From the NCBI RefSeq assembly GCF_963921235.1, contig NC_086097.1:202432001-202496000 (forward strand): a stretch of DNA of 64,000 nt. Direction: 5' to 3'. The translations under genes and the position numbers were made by a program. Source of the stretch: Mobula hypostoma. Taxonomy: Eukaryota. The notes under the pieces are model-generated. The model was not told where the DNA came from and did not search any database. It was given only the letters and a program-made list of their open reading frames with translations. Below, one piece after another: positions 24,236-37,602 of this stretch. Position 1 is the stretch's first letter, and every line of letters begins with the position of its first letter.

Positions 24236-25600
24236 GTATACTTTATACTTTATTGTCGCCAAACAATTGATACTAGAACATACAATCATCACAGCGATAT
24301 TTGGTTCTGTGCTTCCCGCTCCCTGGATTACAAATCGATAGTAAATATTAAAAATTTAAATTATAAATCATAAATAGAAAATGGAAAGTAAGCTAGTACA
24401 AAAAAAAACCGAGAGGCAGGTCCGGATATTTGGAGGGTACGGCCCAGATCCGGGTCAGGATCCGTTCAGCAGTCTTATCACAGTTGGAAAGAAGCTGTTC
24501 CCAAATCTGGCCGTACGAGTCTTCAGGCTCATGAGCCTTCTCCCGGAGGGAAGAGGGGACGAAAAGTGTGTTGGCTGGGTGGGTCGTGTCCTTGATTATC
24601 CTGCAGTACTGCTCCGACAGCGTGCGGTGTAAAGTGAGTCCAAGGACGGAAGATTGGTTTGTGTGGTGTGCTGCTCCGTGTTCATGATCTTCTGCAGCTT
24701 CTTCCAGTCTTGGACAGCACAACTTCCATACCAGGTTGTGATGCACCCCAGAAGAATGCTTTCTACAGTGCATCTATAAAAATTAGTGAGGGTTTTAGAG
24801 GACAGGCCAAATTTCTTTGGTTTTCTCAGGAAGTAAAGACACTGGTGGGCCTTCTTGGCAGTGGACTGTATTTGGTTGGACCAAGTCAGGTCATTTGTGA
24901 TGCTGACCCCGAGGAACTTAAAGCTTTTGACCTGTTCCACTTGCGCACCACCAATGGAGAATGGACGTGAAAGCACAGAGGAACATCTGGAGAAATTTCT
25001 GAAATGCTCGTTCGCTGCTGTCGTTACTGTGTGGTCGGGAATCTTTCAGAGGGTAGGCCTCAAAATCCCCGGCTTTGCCTGCTGTTGGCGACCGAGGTTG
25101 AGGTCGAATCGTTCGTCAGAGATGGTGCTCAGTAGTCGGTGTCGGAGAGCTGGTCAGAGCTCGGTTTTCAGATGACTCAGAGTCGGACTGTGGTCGGCAT
25201 GGCAGGGAGAGTTTTTCTTCCTTCTCCCGTCTGCGTGAGATGTGGGACGTTTGAGAGACTTTGCACTTTTACTGTGCTCATGGACTTCTTCATCAAGTTA
25301 TGGTATTGTTGCACTGTTGTAACTATATGTTATAATTATGTGGTTTTGTCAGTTTTTTCAGTCTTGGTCTGTCCTGTGTTTTGTGATATCACACCGGAGG
25401 AAATATTATATCATTTCTTCATGCATGCATTACTAAATTACAATAAAAGAGGACTACGTGTCTTCATAATCTAAATTGGGTCATGTGGTCTGCTACTCCT
25501 TCTGAAGTCAACAACCAATTCCTTCTTCTTGCTGACGTTGAGGGATAGGTTATTGTCTTCACACTGTGCCACCAGGTTCTTAATTTCCTCTCTGTACTCA
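24236..25600 (-). mobile_element. Rex1/Babar-type LINE 3' fragment, interrupted at about 24956-25475
   Basis: ORF VEQVKSFKFLGVSITNDLTWS...LTNFYRCTVESILLGCITTWYGSC. Confidence 0.88.
24956..25475 (+). mobile_element. young CpG-rich non-autonomous retroposon inserted in the Rex1-type fragment
   Basis: interrupts the host frame; ends caataaaagaggactacgtgtcttcataatct. Confidence 0.6.
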
Positions 25601-26623
25601 AACTGGGTTCAATTCCAGCCACTGTCTGTAAGGAGTTTCTACGTTCTCCTCATGACAGTGCAGGTTTCTTCTGGATATGCCAGTTTCATCCCACAAATCA
25701 AAGACATACCGATTGGTAGGTTAATTAGCCATGATTAAACTGAGGGATTGCTAGGAGGTGTGGCTCAAAGAGTCAGAAGGGCCTATTCAGTGCTATAGCT
25801 CAAATAAATGAATAAATAAAACGTGAATTCAGGTAATTGCTGTCTGAATTAACTTTAAAGTGTAGGGAGAAGTACAGATACTGCTGTTTACTATGAGCTT
25901 TGTACAGGAGATAACCTTATTCAATGATGACTGTCTAAAGCTTACCCAGACCCCTCCAGAGTGATCAATATGTGTGGAAATCATCAGGGGGTATTTTTAG
26001 CTTTTTGAACCATCTCCCTGTCCATTTATAGTTCAAACCAGTAAGAATTCAATTTCATTATTAGTTCAAAATGATACGGAAAATACAAGTTTGAAACCTG
26101 GTTTGTGAAACAAACATTTTGGCTAGTGCTATTCAGTATGCAACAAGAAAGAATAGCTGTCACATGACTGGAGTTTGCAGCAAGGAGAACAGTGCACCAG
26201 GAAGAGCTTGAAGGAAAAGCCCAGCATAGGCTACTGCTTGAACAATTAATTGATTCATGACCTGTAATTGCAGAGAAACAGAAAAGGGTTTTCCAATTTA
26301 CAAGTTCTTTCTATATTGCTTTAGGCGCTCATTTGCCAGTAGAAGTTTACATGAGCACAGTGAACATGTGCAACTATTTCCAGTAATAACTAATCATATT
26401 CTTCTACATTGCATTGAAGTTACAATTTTGTTGTTTCTTACTTTGATTTACCATATTTATTTTTTATTTCTGAAATATCCTTAGTCTTTCTGTGCAGTGT
26501 TAAATGAATTTAACTTTTAGTTTATTTGCCCTATGTTTACGTTCTATATGCATTTCACAGTTTAACTTTAAACCTGTTTCCCCAGTATTGTTCTTTATTT
26601 AGTATTCTTATCTCATTAAATAG

Positions 26624-26701
26624 CTTTCCTGATGAGATCAGTGAAGTAGAGCAGAACAAACAACTGGCTAGGGCTACTCCAGCTTTGCTGAAAGGCAAAG
26701 G
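26624..26701 (+). CDS. DTNA: alpha-dystrobrevin cassette exon, 78 nt, phase 2-2 (first exon of the variable region)
   Basis: ctcattaaatag|C TTT...AAA GG|gtgagt; FPDEISEVEQNKQLARATPALLKGKG vs human SPPKDSEVEQNKLLARAAPAFLKGKG. Confidence 0.93.
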
Positions 26702-27144
26702 GTGAGTATTAAAGAGAGTCTGACATGAGCTAATAACACTATAAAAATGTCAGATACCATGTTAACAACTGACATAAGTACATACATGTATTTTATGTTT
26801 CCAAGTATCCCACAGTAGAATGTAGTTTGATTTCAGTAGAAATATTTTTGCTCTAATTAATTTAGTATTAGAAAAATATGTATATATCCTCAGTTTCATA
26901 TTAAGATGGGTCTGTACCTACAAGCAGATTTAGCTTTATTTAACCCCACCCCAATCACAGAGCTAATTAACAAACAAGTTTAGCAAATTATAGTTTAAAT
27001 ATCTTGAATCAGAACAATGAATTCTTTGTGCATAAGGAATTGTATGTTTCCATTTGATTTTGTTTTAAATTTCAAATATACCTTTTGCAATGTTTTCATT
27101 TTTTAATTTCTTAGGTTTCATTTTTTACATTTCCATCATTCTAG

Positions 27145-27237
27145 GATACAGTACAGCCTTGATATTGCTGATAGACTGGGTGATGAACATGTTCTGATTG
27201 GGCTATATATCAACCTCCTCCTGAACAATTCTTCACG
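27145..27237 (+). CDS. DTNA: alpha-dystrobrevin cassette exon, 93 nt, alternative syntrophin-binding site
   Basis: ttccatcattctag|G ATA...TCA CG|gttagt; IQYSLDIADRLGDEHVLIGLYINLLLNNSSR vs human IQYSLNVADRLADEHVLIGLYVNML. Confidence 0.95.
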
Positions 27238-28204
27238 GTTAGTTGAGGTTTCTTTTACCCAACTTAGAAATAATTATATTTGAAAGAACAGCCTTAACAA
27301 TTGGTCATTTCATTGAAATGAGATTAACTAGGACACATAATGTGATTTATTTATTAAGTATTCATGAGGCTTTAAACCCTCACTTTCTGAAAACACAAAG
27401 GTAGATATTCAATAATAAGATAAAATACTAATTTAAAGAATGCAGTGTGTTCTATATTTTAACTACAGTACTACAGGAAAATCTATTGCAGCTCATTTCA
27501 ATATTCCAAATAGTTAGTTTCATCACTGCCAAATGTCATCATAATCTGTCACATTTCCTATCAAGTGGGGTGAGAACATTGAACATAGAACAGTATACTG
27601 TGCTATTTAGCTGGTAATATTGTGCTGACCTATATAAACCTACTCCACAATCAATCTAACCCTTCTCTTTGACACAGCCACATTACCCTGCATTTTTCTT
27701 ATATACACGTGCCGAAGTAAAAGCGTTTTAAGCTTCCCTATTGTATCAGCCTCTACCACCACCCCCCAAGCATTGCAAGCACATACCACTCACCTTAAAA
27801 AGATGTTCTCCTGTATCGGTCATTGCAGCTCTGGGAAAAAGGTGCTGGCTATCCACTCTATCCATACCTCTCATAATTTTATACACCCCTATCAAGTGGC
27901 CTCACTCTAAAGAGAAAAACCCAAGCTCACTCAACATTTCAAATTGTTCTGAAATTGACATTCTATCTCATTCTTAACTAAAATAATGATTATAACAACA
28001 TTTGGAAAGGAAGGTGGATGAATAAAGGCTATTGCCAGAAATGAGAATAGTTTGCTCCCGATGAAGACTAAACTTCACCTGGATACGTGCACTACTTAGG
28101 GCAAAAAGGCATAAATCAATGTTAGAGTGTTCTGTAGCCTATGCAGGAACCTAAGCATGTATTTACCTCCAGTTAGCAGGATTGTCTCATATGAACTTGA
28201 GTGA

Positions 28205-29730
28205 CATAAGATCATAAGACACAGTTGCAGAATTAGGCCATTCAGTCCATCACTTTTGCTCCACCATTTGATCATGGCTAATTTATTTTCCTTCTTGACT
28301 CTATTTATCTGCCTTCTCCTTGTAACCTTTGACGCCCTTATTAATCAGGAACCTATCAACTTCCACTGTAAATATACCCCATGATTTGGCCTCCACAATC
28401 CTCTGTGGCAATGAATTCCACATAGTCACCACACTTTGGCTTATGAAATTTCTTCTTATCTCTGTTATCAATGAACATCCTTATATTCTGAAGCTGTGTC
28501 TTCTGGTCCTGGACTTTTTTCCTATTGGAAACATCCTCTACATATCCACTCTATCTAAGCCTTTTAATATTTGGGATATTTCAATGAGATCGTTCCTCAT
28601 TCTTCTAAATTCCAGTGAGTATAGGCCCAGAGGCATCAAACATTTCATGTACATTAACCTTTTCATTCATCCTTTCATTCTTGTAAACATCCTCTGGACC
28701 CTCTCCTATACACATCCTTTCTTAGAAATGGAGTCCAAAACTGCTCATAGTACTTGGGATACAGTCTAACCAGTGCCTTATAAAGCCTCAACGTTACACA
28801 CTTCCCTGTATATTCTAGTCCTCTCTAAATGAATGTTAACATTACATTTGCCTTCCTTACTAGTGACTCAACCTGCAAATAAATTTTAGAAAATTTTGCA
28901 TGAAGAATCCCAAGTCTGTTTGCACCTCCAATTCATGAATTTGCTCCCAATTTAGAAAATAGTCTACACCTTTATACCTTCTACCAAAGTGCATGACCAA
29001 ACACTGTATTACATCTGCCGTTTCTTTGCCCATTCTCCTGATCTGTCCAAGTCCTTTCACCACACTACCTGCTCATCCAGCTATTTCTGTATCATCCGCA
29101 AAATTGGACACAGGGCATCAATTTCATCATCTAGATCATTAACATTGACCCTTGTGGAGCACCGCTAGTTGCCAGCAGCCAACCAAAAAAGGCCTCCTTT
29201 ATTTCCACTCTTTGCCTTCTGCCAGTTAGGCAATCTTTTCTCCATGCCAGTATCTTTTCTGTAATACTATTGACTCTCACTTGTCTCTTAGCAGCCTAAT
29301 GTGCGGCATCTTGTCAAGGGCCTTTTGAAAATTCACGTAAATAATATCCACTGATTCTCCTTTGTTTGTCCATCCCATTTTCTCAAAAAATTTCAACAGA
29401 TGTGTCAGGCAAGATTTCCCCTTAGGAAAACTATGCTGACTTCGATCTATTTTGTCATGTGACTCCACATACCCCAAACTCCCATCCTTAATAATGGACT
29501 CTTTAACATCTTGCCAACCACTGAAGTCATGTTAACTGACCTATAATTTCGCATCCTTTGTCTCCCTCTTCTTAAAGAGTTGGGCGCAATTTTCCAGTCC
29601 TCTGGAACCATTACAGAATCTAGTGATTCTTGAAAAATCATTACTAATGCCTCCACAATCTCTTCAGCTACCTGTTTCAGAACCGTGGGTTATAGTTCAT
29701 CTTGTCCAGGTGACTTATCTCTCTTCTATT
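28205..29730 (-). mobile_element. degenerate CR1 LINE (RT region to 3' end)
   Basis: minus ORFs IFQESLDSVMVPEDWKIA and SQHSFPKGKSCLTHLLKFFE; cataagatcataag tail. Confidence 0.88.
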
Positions 29731-30256
29731 TATCTACCATTTGGCTCATTACTGTCACAATCTTTGATAAGTTCTGAATCTCCTCGGTTGTGATTTATTA
29801 TTTAGCTAAGCAAGTCCATGTCTGATGAGCACTTTTGCATGTATCATGCTACACACAACCTTAACATATTTCCATCTATGATTTACATAAGCCAAACAAT
29901 CCTTTCTTCTTACCTGTATTTGCCTCCTTTCTCTCCTGTTCCTTTCCTCTGTTTCATTGCTGTATATTTTATTGTCATACTCTCTGTTTCCTGGATTCTC
30001 ATTGGACTTCTCCTTTCTTTGTCAATATCGCAATGTCCTTTCTGTTTGCTTAAGCTATTGTCTTTCTGATCCTTATTTCCCTGTAATCATTACTGGCACT
30101 TACATTTGTCTTCTTTGGGCTTGAGAAGATGACATATGGCATGATGAAATCAGGGTAGACACCCAGGCAATGTTGATGTAATACATAGATATGAGTTTTG
30201 AAAGGCAGGGGTGATCTAACTGAGGCTACAAAAAATTTTCAAGTAAAAGTGCTTGT

Positions 30257-30660
30257 TCAGCCATGTGGTATTTCCACCAATGAGTGAAGCCTCCATCGGT
30301 CAGGGCTGACCATGGATGTTGCCTCTAGTTGTCTAGATATGCAAGCCTGGGCAGTACGATATGGAGAGCAAGCTCTTGCCCATATAGCAGACTCCCCCTC
30401 TCCATGCGTCTGATGAACCCAAAGGAACAGCAGAGACCGGTACAGTTTGGTACCAGTGATGTCACAGGAGTTGCCAGTTAGCGTTGAACTCAACGTAGGA
30501 CTGCCTTAGGGATCTTAGCTTTGGATTTTTCCCTTGGGGTTTACTCCCTAAGCCTTCCCCATGAGTAGGTAGAGCTGCAAGCCAGTGGAAGTTTGAGATC
30601 AGAGTTTTTCTTCCAGATGAGCTGCCAGTCATGGCTAACAAGCCTCACCTGCCCAAGGCC
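30257..30660 (-). mobile_element. RTE-related non-autonomous retroposon
   Basis: minus strand ggcagctcatctggaagaaaaactctgatctcaaac resembles an RTE-clade 5'UTR motif (recalled, unverified). Confidence 0.45.
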
Positions 30661-32254
30661 CAGAGGCCCAGAGGCCCAGTCTATCATTGGAAAGATACAA
30701 CTGTAGAACAGCAAGATGGTTAACTTACTTTACAGTTTAAAATTCCCATCCAAGATTAATAGAGACAACACAACAACCAAGCAACAGTGCAAAATATTAA
30801 TGACATAAGTCAAGTTTTAAGGCTTTTATTCTATAACCAGGCCTGTGATATTACCTGAAGATTAAAATGTAATTTTGTCCTTTATGTAGAAGTTTGATTT
30901 TTATATTATATTTGATGAAATAGTTGACAATGTAGGGAAACTGAGACTTGCTTGGAGCATGTCAGGTGATATTGAAATGTACAGATTCTTACAAGGCTGG
31001 GCAGGATGGATGCAGAGCTGTTGCTTTCCTTGGCCGGAATGGTTGGGGAGGGGTGGGACATCTACAGGCAGTGTTAGAAATCCCAAGGTTAGTGATCATC
31101 TATTCAAAACCTAAATGAGAAAATATTTCTTCACCAATAGGGGACAGATTTTTTGGATTTCTCTGCCAAAGTTGTTCAGTGGTTGAGTATATTCAAGGAA
31201 AAAATTGACAGATGTTTAGACGTTAAGAAACATCAGGAGATTTTGCAGAAATTAGTGCTGAGATGCAATACCAGCCATGATCTTATTGATTGTTGGAAAA
31301 GGCACAGACAGAAAAAATAACCTCCTCACTTTATGTATCTTATACAAGAGATAAATAAAATAATTAGCAATAATAACAAAGCAGTGAAGCATAATTATTG
31401 TGTAATTGACACAGATGGTTTCCATAATAAGTACAAACATTAACAGACACTGTTCTTATAACTCTATTAATCTGGCAGTCTCAAGACTTTGATGATACTG
31501 GGCTTGCAGATTTTTCCATACACTTCAACCAGAAGGATCATCTTGTTTCTGGCAAAAGGGATAATCTTCATCTTATTCCCTCTTGCTGGACACAAGCAAG
31601 TGTTACTGTTACAATATGCATTGCTACAAGCTTCTCATAGCACAGGCATATTGCCTTTCAACTGCCTTAGGTGAACTGAGGCTTTCTACATGTATCATTA
31701 GGGTGTGAACAGAGACACCACATCACATAAGGGAATGCCAATTGTCCTGGCAGGAGTCACACTTCCCTCATTCAGTTATGTTCTGTGACAGGTCAAAGGC
31801 TGGAGACTGCGAGCTGAGAGTTTCCTATATTTCAGGTATTTCTGAAATGTCTCATGACTCATCAGTTAATCACACGCATGCATGGCAGGCTATATTGCCA
31901 GAAGTAATTTTACAGAACACACAAAACCTGGCTACTGAAGAAATAGCAGTTTCCACCTCTTGTCAGTTTAGATGCTGAGAGAGGGGAATGTGAGAAAGGG
32001 AAAAAAATTGAATCAGAATGTCAAACAGGAAGTGGGACTCTCGTTCATGAACCATATGACAAAACAATTGGTATGCAATAGAAGTAACACTTACCTCACC
32101 TTCCCACTCATCATTTTAATCGTGTTTGGTTTCCTTGATAATTTGTTTCAGTTTTCTTTGCCTTTCCAATTATTTGACCTAATTTATTGTCTTTACATAT
32201 TTGATTATCATAGTTTCCTGTAAAGGCTATATAATTAGAATATGCTCTTTCCTT

Positions 32255-35200
32255 AGAGTCAGAGAAAAGTACTGCTCAGGAACAGGCCCTTCAGCCCTTC
32301 TAGTCTGTGTCGAACCATTTAAACTGACTATTCCTATCGACCTGCACCAGGACTGTTGCTCCCATATCCCTACCATCTATGTATCTATCCAAACTTTTCT
32401 TAAACATTGAAATCCAGCTTGCATTCACTACTTCTACTGGCAGCTCATTCTACACTCTCACGACCAGCTGAGTGAAGAAGTTTCCCCTCATGCCCCCCTT
32501 AAACATTTCACCTTTCACCCTTAACCCATGACCTCTAGTTGTAGTCCTGCCCAACCTCAGTGGAAAAAAGCCTATTTGCATTTACCCTATCTATACCTCT
32601 CATAATTTTGAACCATATACTTCTACGGAATCTCCCCCTCAATCTATTATGTTCCAATTAAATCCAATTCGATCTTTCCTTGTAACTCAGGTCCTCCATT
32701 CCCAGCAACATTCTTGTAAATTGTCTCTGAACTCTTTCAAACTTACTTACATCTTTCCTGTAGGTAAATCACCAAAACTGCACACCTGTCGCTAAGGATG
32801 ATTTAAATATCTCTGCTAGGGTCCCTGAAATTTCTGCACTTTCCTCCCATAGGGTCTGAGGGAACACCTTGTCAAACTCTGGGGATTTATCCACCCTAAT
32901 TTGCATCAAGACAGTAAACACCTCCTCCTCTGTAATCTGTATAGAATCCTTGGTCGATGCTGCTTTGCCTTGCATCTGTAGACTCTGTGTCTGTCTCCTG
33001 AGTAAACACAGAGGCATAAAACTAATTTAAGATCTCCCCCATCTCTTTTGGCTCCACATATGGATTACCATTCTGATCTTTCAGAGGATCGATTTTGTCC
33101 CTTGCAATCTTTTTGATCTTAACGTCTGTAGAATCTCATTGGATTCTCTCACCTTCTCTGCTGGAGCAATGCCATGCCCTCTTTTAGCCCTCCTGATTTC
33201 CTTCTTAATTGTTCTCTTGTATTCTTGTACTCCATAACCAATTTATTTGCTCCTACCTGTTATGCACCTCCTTTTTTTTTTCTTAACCAGGGCCTCAATA
33301 TTTCTTGAAAACCAAGGTTCCCTAAACCTGTAATCTTTACCTTTTATTTTGGCAGGCACATGCATGCTTTGTGCTCTCAAAATTTCACTTTTGAAGGCCT
33401 CCCACTTACCAAGTACACCTTTGCCAGAAAACAGCCTGTCCCGATCCACACTTGCCAGATCCTTTCTGATACCATCAAAATTGGCCTTTCTCCAATTAAG
33501 AATCTCAACGCCAAGCCAGACCTGTTTTTCTCTATTTACTTTGAAACGAATGGCATTATGATCACTCAATGCAAACTGTTCCCCTACAGAAACATCTGTC
33601 ACCAGTCCTGTCTCATTCCCTAATAACAGATCAAGTATCACACACGATCTCATTGGGACTTCTACGTACTGGTTAAGGAAATTTTCCTGAACACTGATTT
33701 GACAAATTTGACAAACTCTTGACTTTGTCTGCTGTCTTAACAGTTGTCTCCACAACCTCTCCACTATCTATTCTGGCACTTTGGTTCCCATCTTCATGCA
33801 ATTCTAGTTTGAACCCCCCCCCCCCCCACCCAAGTACAGCACTGGTAAACCTTCCTGCCTGAATATTAGACCCCCAACAACTCAGGTACAAACTGTCTCT
33901 TCTGTACAGGTCCTACCTTCCCTGAAAGAGACCCCCAATGAACCAAAAATCTGATGCTCTCTCTCCTAAAATAACTCCTTAACCATATGTTAAACTATAA
34001 TTTTCCCATTTCTGGCCTCACTAGCACAAGACTTAGGTAGCAGTCCTTATATCACAAACCTGGAGGTTCTGACCTTTAATAGCACCTGACTCCCGGAACT
34101 CATTGCAGAACTTCATCAGTCTGCCTGCTTATGTCTTTGGTACCTACCTGGACCACGACTTCTGGCTGTTCACCCTCCTGCTTAAGAATGCTGAAGACTC
34201 AGTCCGAAATGTCCCTGGCACCTGGGAGGCAACATACCATCCAGGGAATGTTGTGGCCTCATTCACAGAACCTCCTTTCTATTCCCCTAACTAACAAATC
34301 TCTTATCACCACAGCTTGCCTCTTCTCCCCCGTTTGAGTCATTGCCAGAGACCTGACCGCTGTGTCTTTCCTCTGCTAGGTCATTCCTACCCCAATAACA
34401 TCTAGAGTGGTATACCTATTGTTGACAGGTTGGCCACAGGGGTACTGGCTATGTAACCCTTTTATCCTCGAGGTGCATGACAAGATAGGCTCAAGCCAGC
34501 ATGGTTTCATGAAGGGAAGATCCTGCCTCACCAACCTATTGGAATTTTTTGAGGTAATCTCAAATAAGATTGACAAGGGAGAGGCTGCGGATGTTGTGTA
34601 TTTGGATTTTCAAAAAGCATTCGATAAGGTGCGGCATAAGAGGCTGCTTAATAAGGTGAGAGCCCATGGAATTACAGGAAAGATGTTGAAATGGGTGGAG
34701 CATTGTCTGATAGGCAGAAAGCAAAGGGTGGGAATAAAGGGATCCTATTCTGATTGGTTGCCAGTTACTGGTGGTGTTCCGCAGGGGTTGGTGTTGGGGT
34801 CGCTTCTTTTTTAAATGTTTTCCGATGATTTAGATTATGAATTAAATGGTTTTGTGGCTAAGTTTGCGGATGACACCAAGATAGGTGGAGGAGCAGGAAG
34901 TGTTGAAGAAATGGAAAGGTTGCAGAGAGACTTAGTCAATTTAGGAGAGTGGGCAAAGAAATGGCAGATGAGATAAAATGATGAGAAACGTACGGTTGTA
35001 CATTTTGGAAGAAGAAATAATCGGGCAGATTATTATTTAGATGGGGAGAAAATTCAAAATCAGAAGTGCAAAGGGACTTGGGGGTCCTCGTACAGGATAC
35101 CCTAAAGGTTAACCACCAGGTTGGATCGGCGGTAAGGAAGGTGAATGCTATGTTGGCATTCATTTCAAGAAGAATAGTGTATAAGAGTAAGGAGGTGTTG

Positions 35201-36380
35201 ATGAGGCTCTGTGGGGCACTGGTGAGACCTCATTTGGAATACTATGTGCAGTTTTGGGCCCCCTATCTTAGAAGGGGTGTACTGATGTTGGAGAGAGTTC
35301 AGAGAAGATTTACGAGGATGATTCCTGGAATGCAGGGGCTAACATATGAGGAGTGCTTGTCAGCTCTTGGACTGTATTCATTAGAGCATAGAAGAATGAG
35401 AGGGGATCTCACAGAAACATTTCGAATGTTGAAAGGATTGGACAGAGTAGATGTGGAAAGGCTGTTTCCCTTGGTGGGTGAGTCCAGGGCAAAAGGCTAG
35501 TCTTAGAATTAGAAGGTACCCATTTAAAACAGAGATGAGGAGAAATTTTTTTAGTCAGAGGGTCGTGGATTTATGGAATTCATTGCCACATACGGCTGTG
35601 GAGGCCCGATCATTGAGGGTGTTTAAGGAGGAGATTGATAGGTATCTAATTAGTCAGGGTATCAAGGGATATGGGGAAAAAGCCGGAAATTGGAACTAGA
35701 TGGGTGAATAGTTTAGCTGAAGGTGGGCCAAATGGCCTACTTCTGCTCCTTTGTCTTGTGATCCTTTCTGACTGAAACTCAGTTTCCTGTATCCTGCACC
35801 TTGGGCATAACTACCTCTCTATATATCCTATCTATCACCCCCTAAGCCTGACGAATGATCTGGATTTCATCCAGTTCCAGTTTCAAATCCTTAATGTGGA
35901 GTGTTAAATGCTGCAGCTGTATGCATTTCTCACAGATGTGGTAGCCAGGTTCACTGGACATATCCCTGTGTGTCCACATCCCACAAGAGGAGCATCCAGT
36001 TGTCCTGTCTGGCATCCCTACTGATCTAACTGAGCAAATATAAAGAAGAAAAAACAATAAATAAACTGCGGGGAAAAATAACTACCTACAGAATTTTGCT
36101 TTCTCTCACTCAAGTCTCTTCTCGCTGAAGCATTGAAGAGCTAAAGCCTTAACATTCCCACTGTACCACTGCCCACTCCAATGATAGCCACTCCACTTGC
36201 TCTTGTCTTATTTTAATTTGCTTTTGCCAATCAATCCTGATCTCCGATTGGCCATTGCTCAAAACAGCGAACTGCTCCGAGTTGATGCCTTATGTACTCA
36301 ATCGGAGAACCTGAGTGAGCTACGTCTTTTCACACTTTCAATTTCCAATTAGCCGCTGCTCTAAAAAAAACTACTTTTAC
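32255..36380 (-). mobile_element. internally deleted CR1 LINE (5'UTR/ORF1 to 3' end), split by the CR1 at 34466-35763
   Basis: ORF1 zinc finger GCSSCGMW...HICEKC (35842-36057); APE remnant ILDLLLGNETG...SDHNAI; RVDKSPEFD. Confidence 0.85.
34466..35763 (+). mobile_element. CR1 LINE 3' third (RT domain), 5'-truncated
   Basis: SQHGFMKGRSCLTNLLEFFE, YLDFQKAFDKV, GVPQG, KFADDTK, LVRPHLEY. Confidence 0.95.
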
Positions 36381-36513
36381 TTTGACAACTACATCTAGTT
36401 GCTCCCTTATATCCTTCATGTATTTATGATGATTTATTGTTGCTATTGATATTGTTCTCATTTTCCTAGGCAAAATTATATTTTCTTGAAATCTCTATGT
36501 TGGTGTTTGAGTC

Positions 36514-36912
36514 TCAGAAAGGCAGCGTCCATTACTAAGGACCTCCAGCACCCAGGGCATGCCCTTTTCTCACTGTTACCATCAGGTAGGAGATATAGAA
36601 GCCTGGAAGCACACACTCAGCGATTCAGGAACAGTTTCTTCCCCTCTGCCATCTGATTCCTAAATGGACATTGAAGCTTTGGACACTATCTCACTTTTTT
36701 TTTATTATACAGTATTTCTGTTTTTGTACATTTTTTAAAATCTATGCAATATACATAATTGATTTACTTGTTTATTTATTATGTTTTATTTAATTTATTT
36801 TTTTTTCTCTCTCTGCTAGATTATGTATTGCATTGAACTGCTGCTGCTAAGATAACAAATTTCCTGTCACATGTCAGTGATAATAAGCCTGATTTTGATT
36901 CTAATTCTGATA
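36514..36912 (+). mobile_element. Rex1/Babar-type LINE 3' end
   Basis: reverse complement of 60358-60850; ctgattttgattctaattctga tail. Confidence 0.8.
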
Positions 36913-37602
36913 TCCAGTTGATGAATACATGATCTGCGAAAAATGTTGCTTTTTTTTTACAAGTTCTGTTGTCAGTTCTTCATAATTGGCTTTTCTACAT
37001 ATTGCCACACTAGTCTTTTCTGTCATTCATGATTACCATGATAAAGCATGATATATTGCCTAAATGTTCACTCTAATTAGCTGTGATCCATTCTCTGTTT
37101 GGAATTGTTGGGATTGTTTGGGTTGAAAAACTAATCCTGTTTACATTGTATGAGCTTCATTTCCTTATCCCTTTTTATCTTTTTACAACTAATTTTAAGA
37201 TAGTTGAACTTCCCTCAGGGTTATCATCTATATTACAAGCTTCCTTATTAATTAATGCTTATAATTAACATTATTTCCTGTTTAATATTGCTCACTTCCA
37301 TTATAACGAGGTCAATAGACAATTCCCCTTAACGTTATTGATATTTTATCGATATATTCAGTTTATATTTCTCTTACTCATAGCTGCAAAACATTCTACA
37401 AGACAGTTGTTTGCTGTGGGTGCTTTATTAATTATTTGAGTGACAATAGTGTTAAGTACATTAACCTCAAGACAACTTTTACAAAAAGAATGCATCCAAC
37501 TTGTTATTTTGCTGTCCCTCAATATCCTTACAACAAAATGAGTCATATTAATTCCATTTGTTCATGTTGCTTGAGATAAGAATGCCTCCTGTGTTTTGTT
37601 AT

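Noticed and set aside
26326..26484. Possible third syntrophin-binding exon (ttag|G RRSFASRSLHEHSEHVQLF...)
   Set aside because: Only an EH dipeptide resembles the motif, there is no donor at the expected 93 nt, and the helix pattern is not kept
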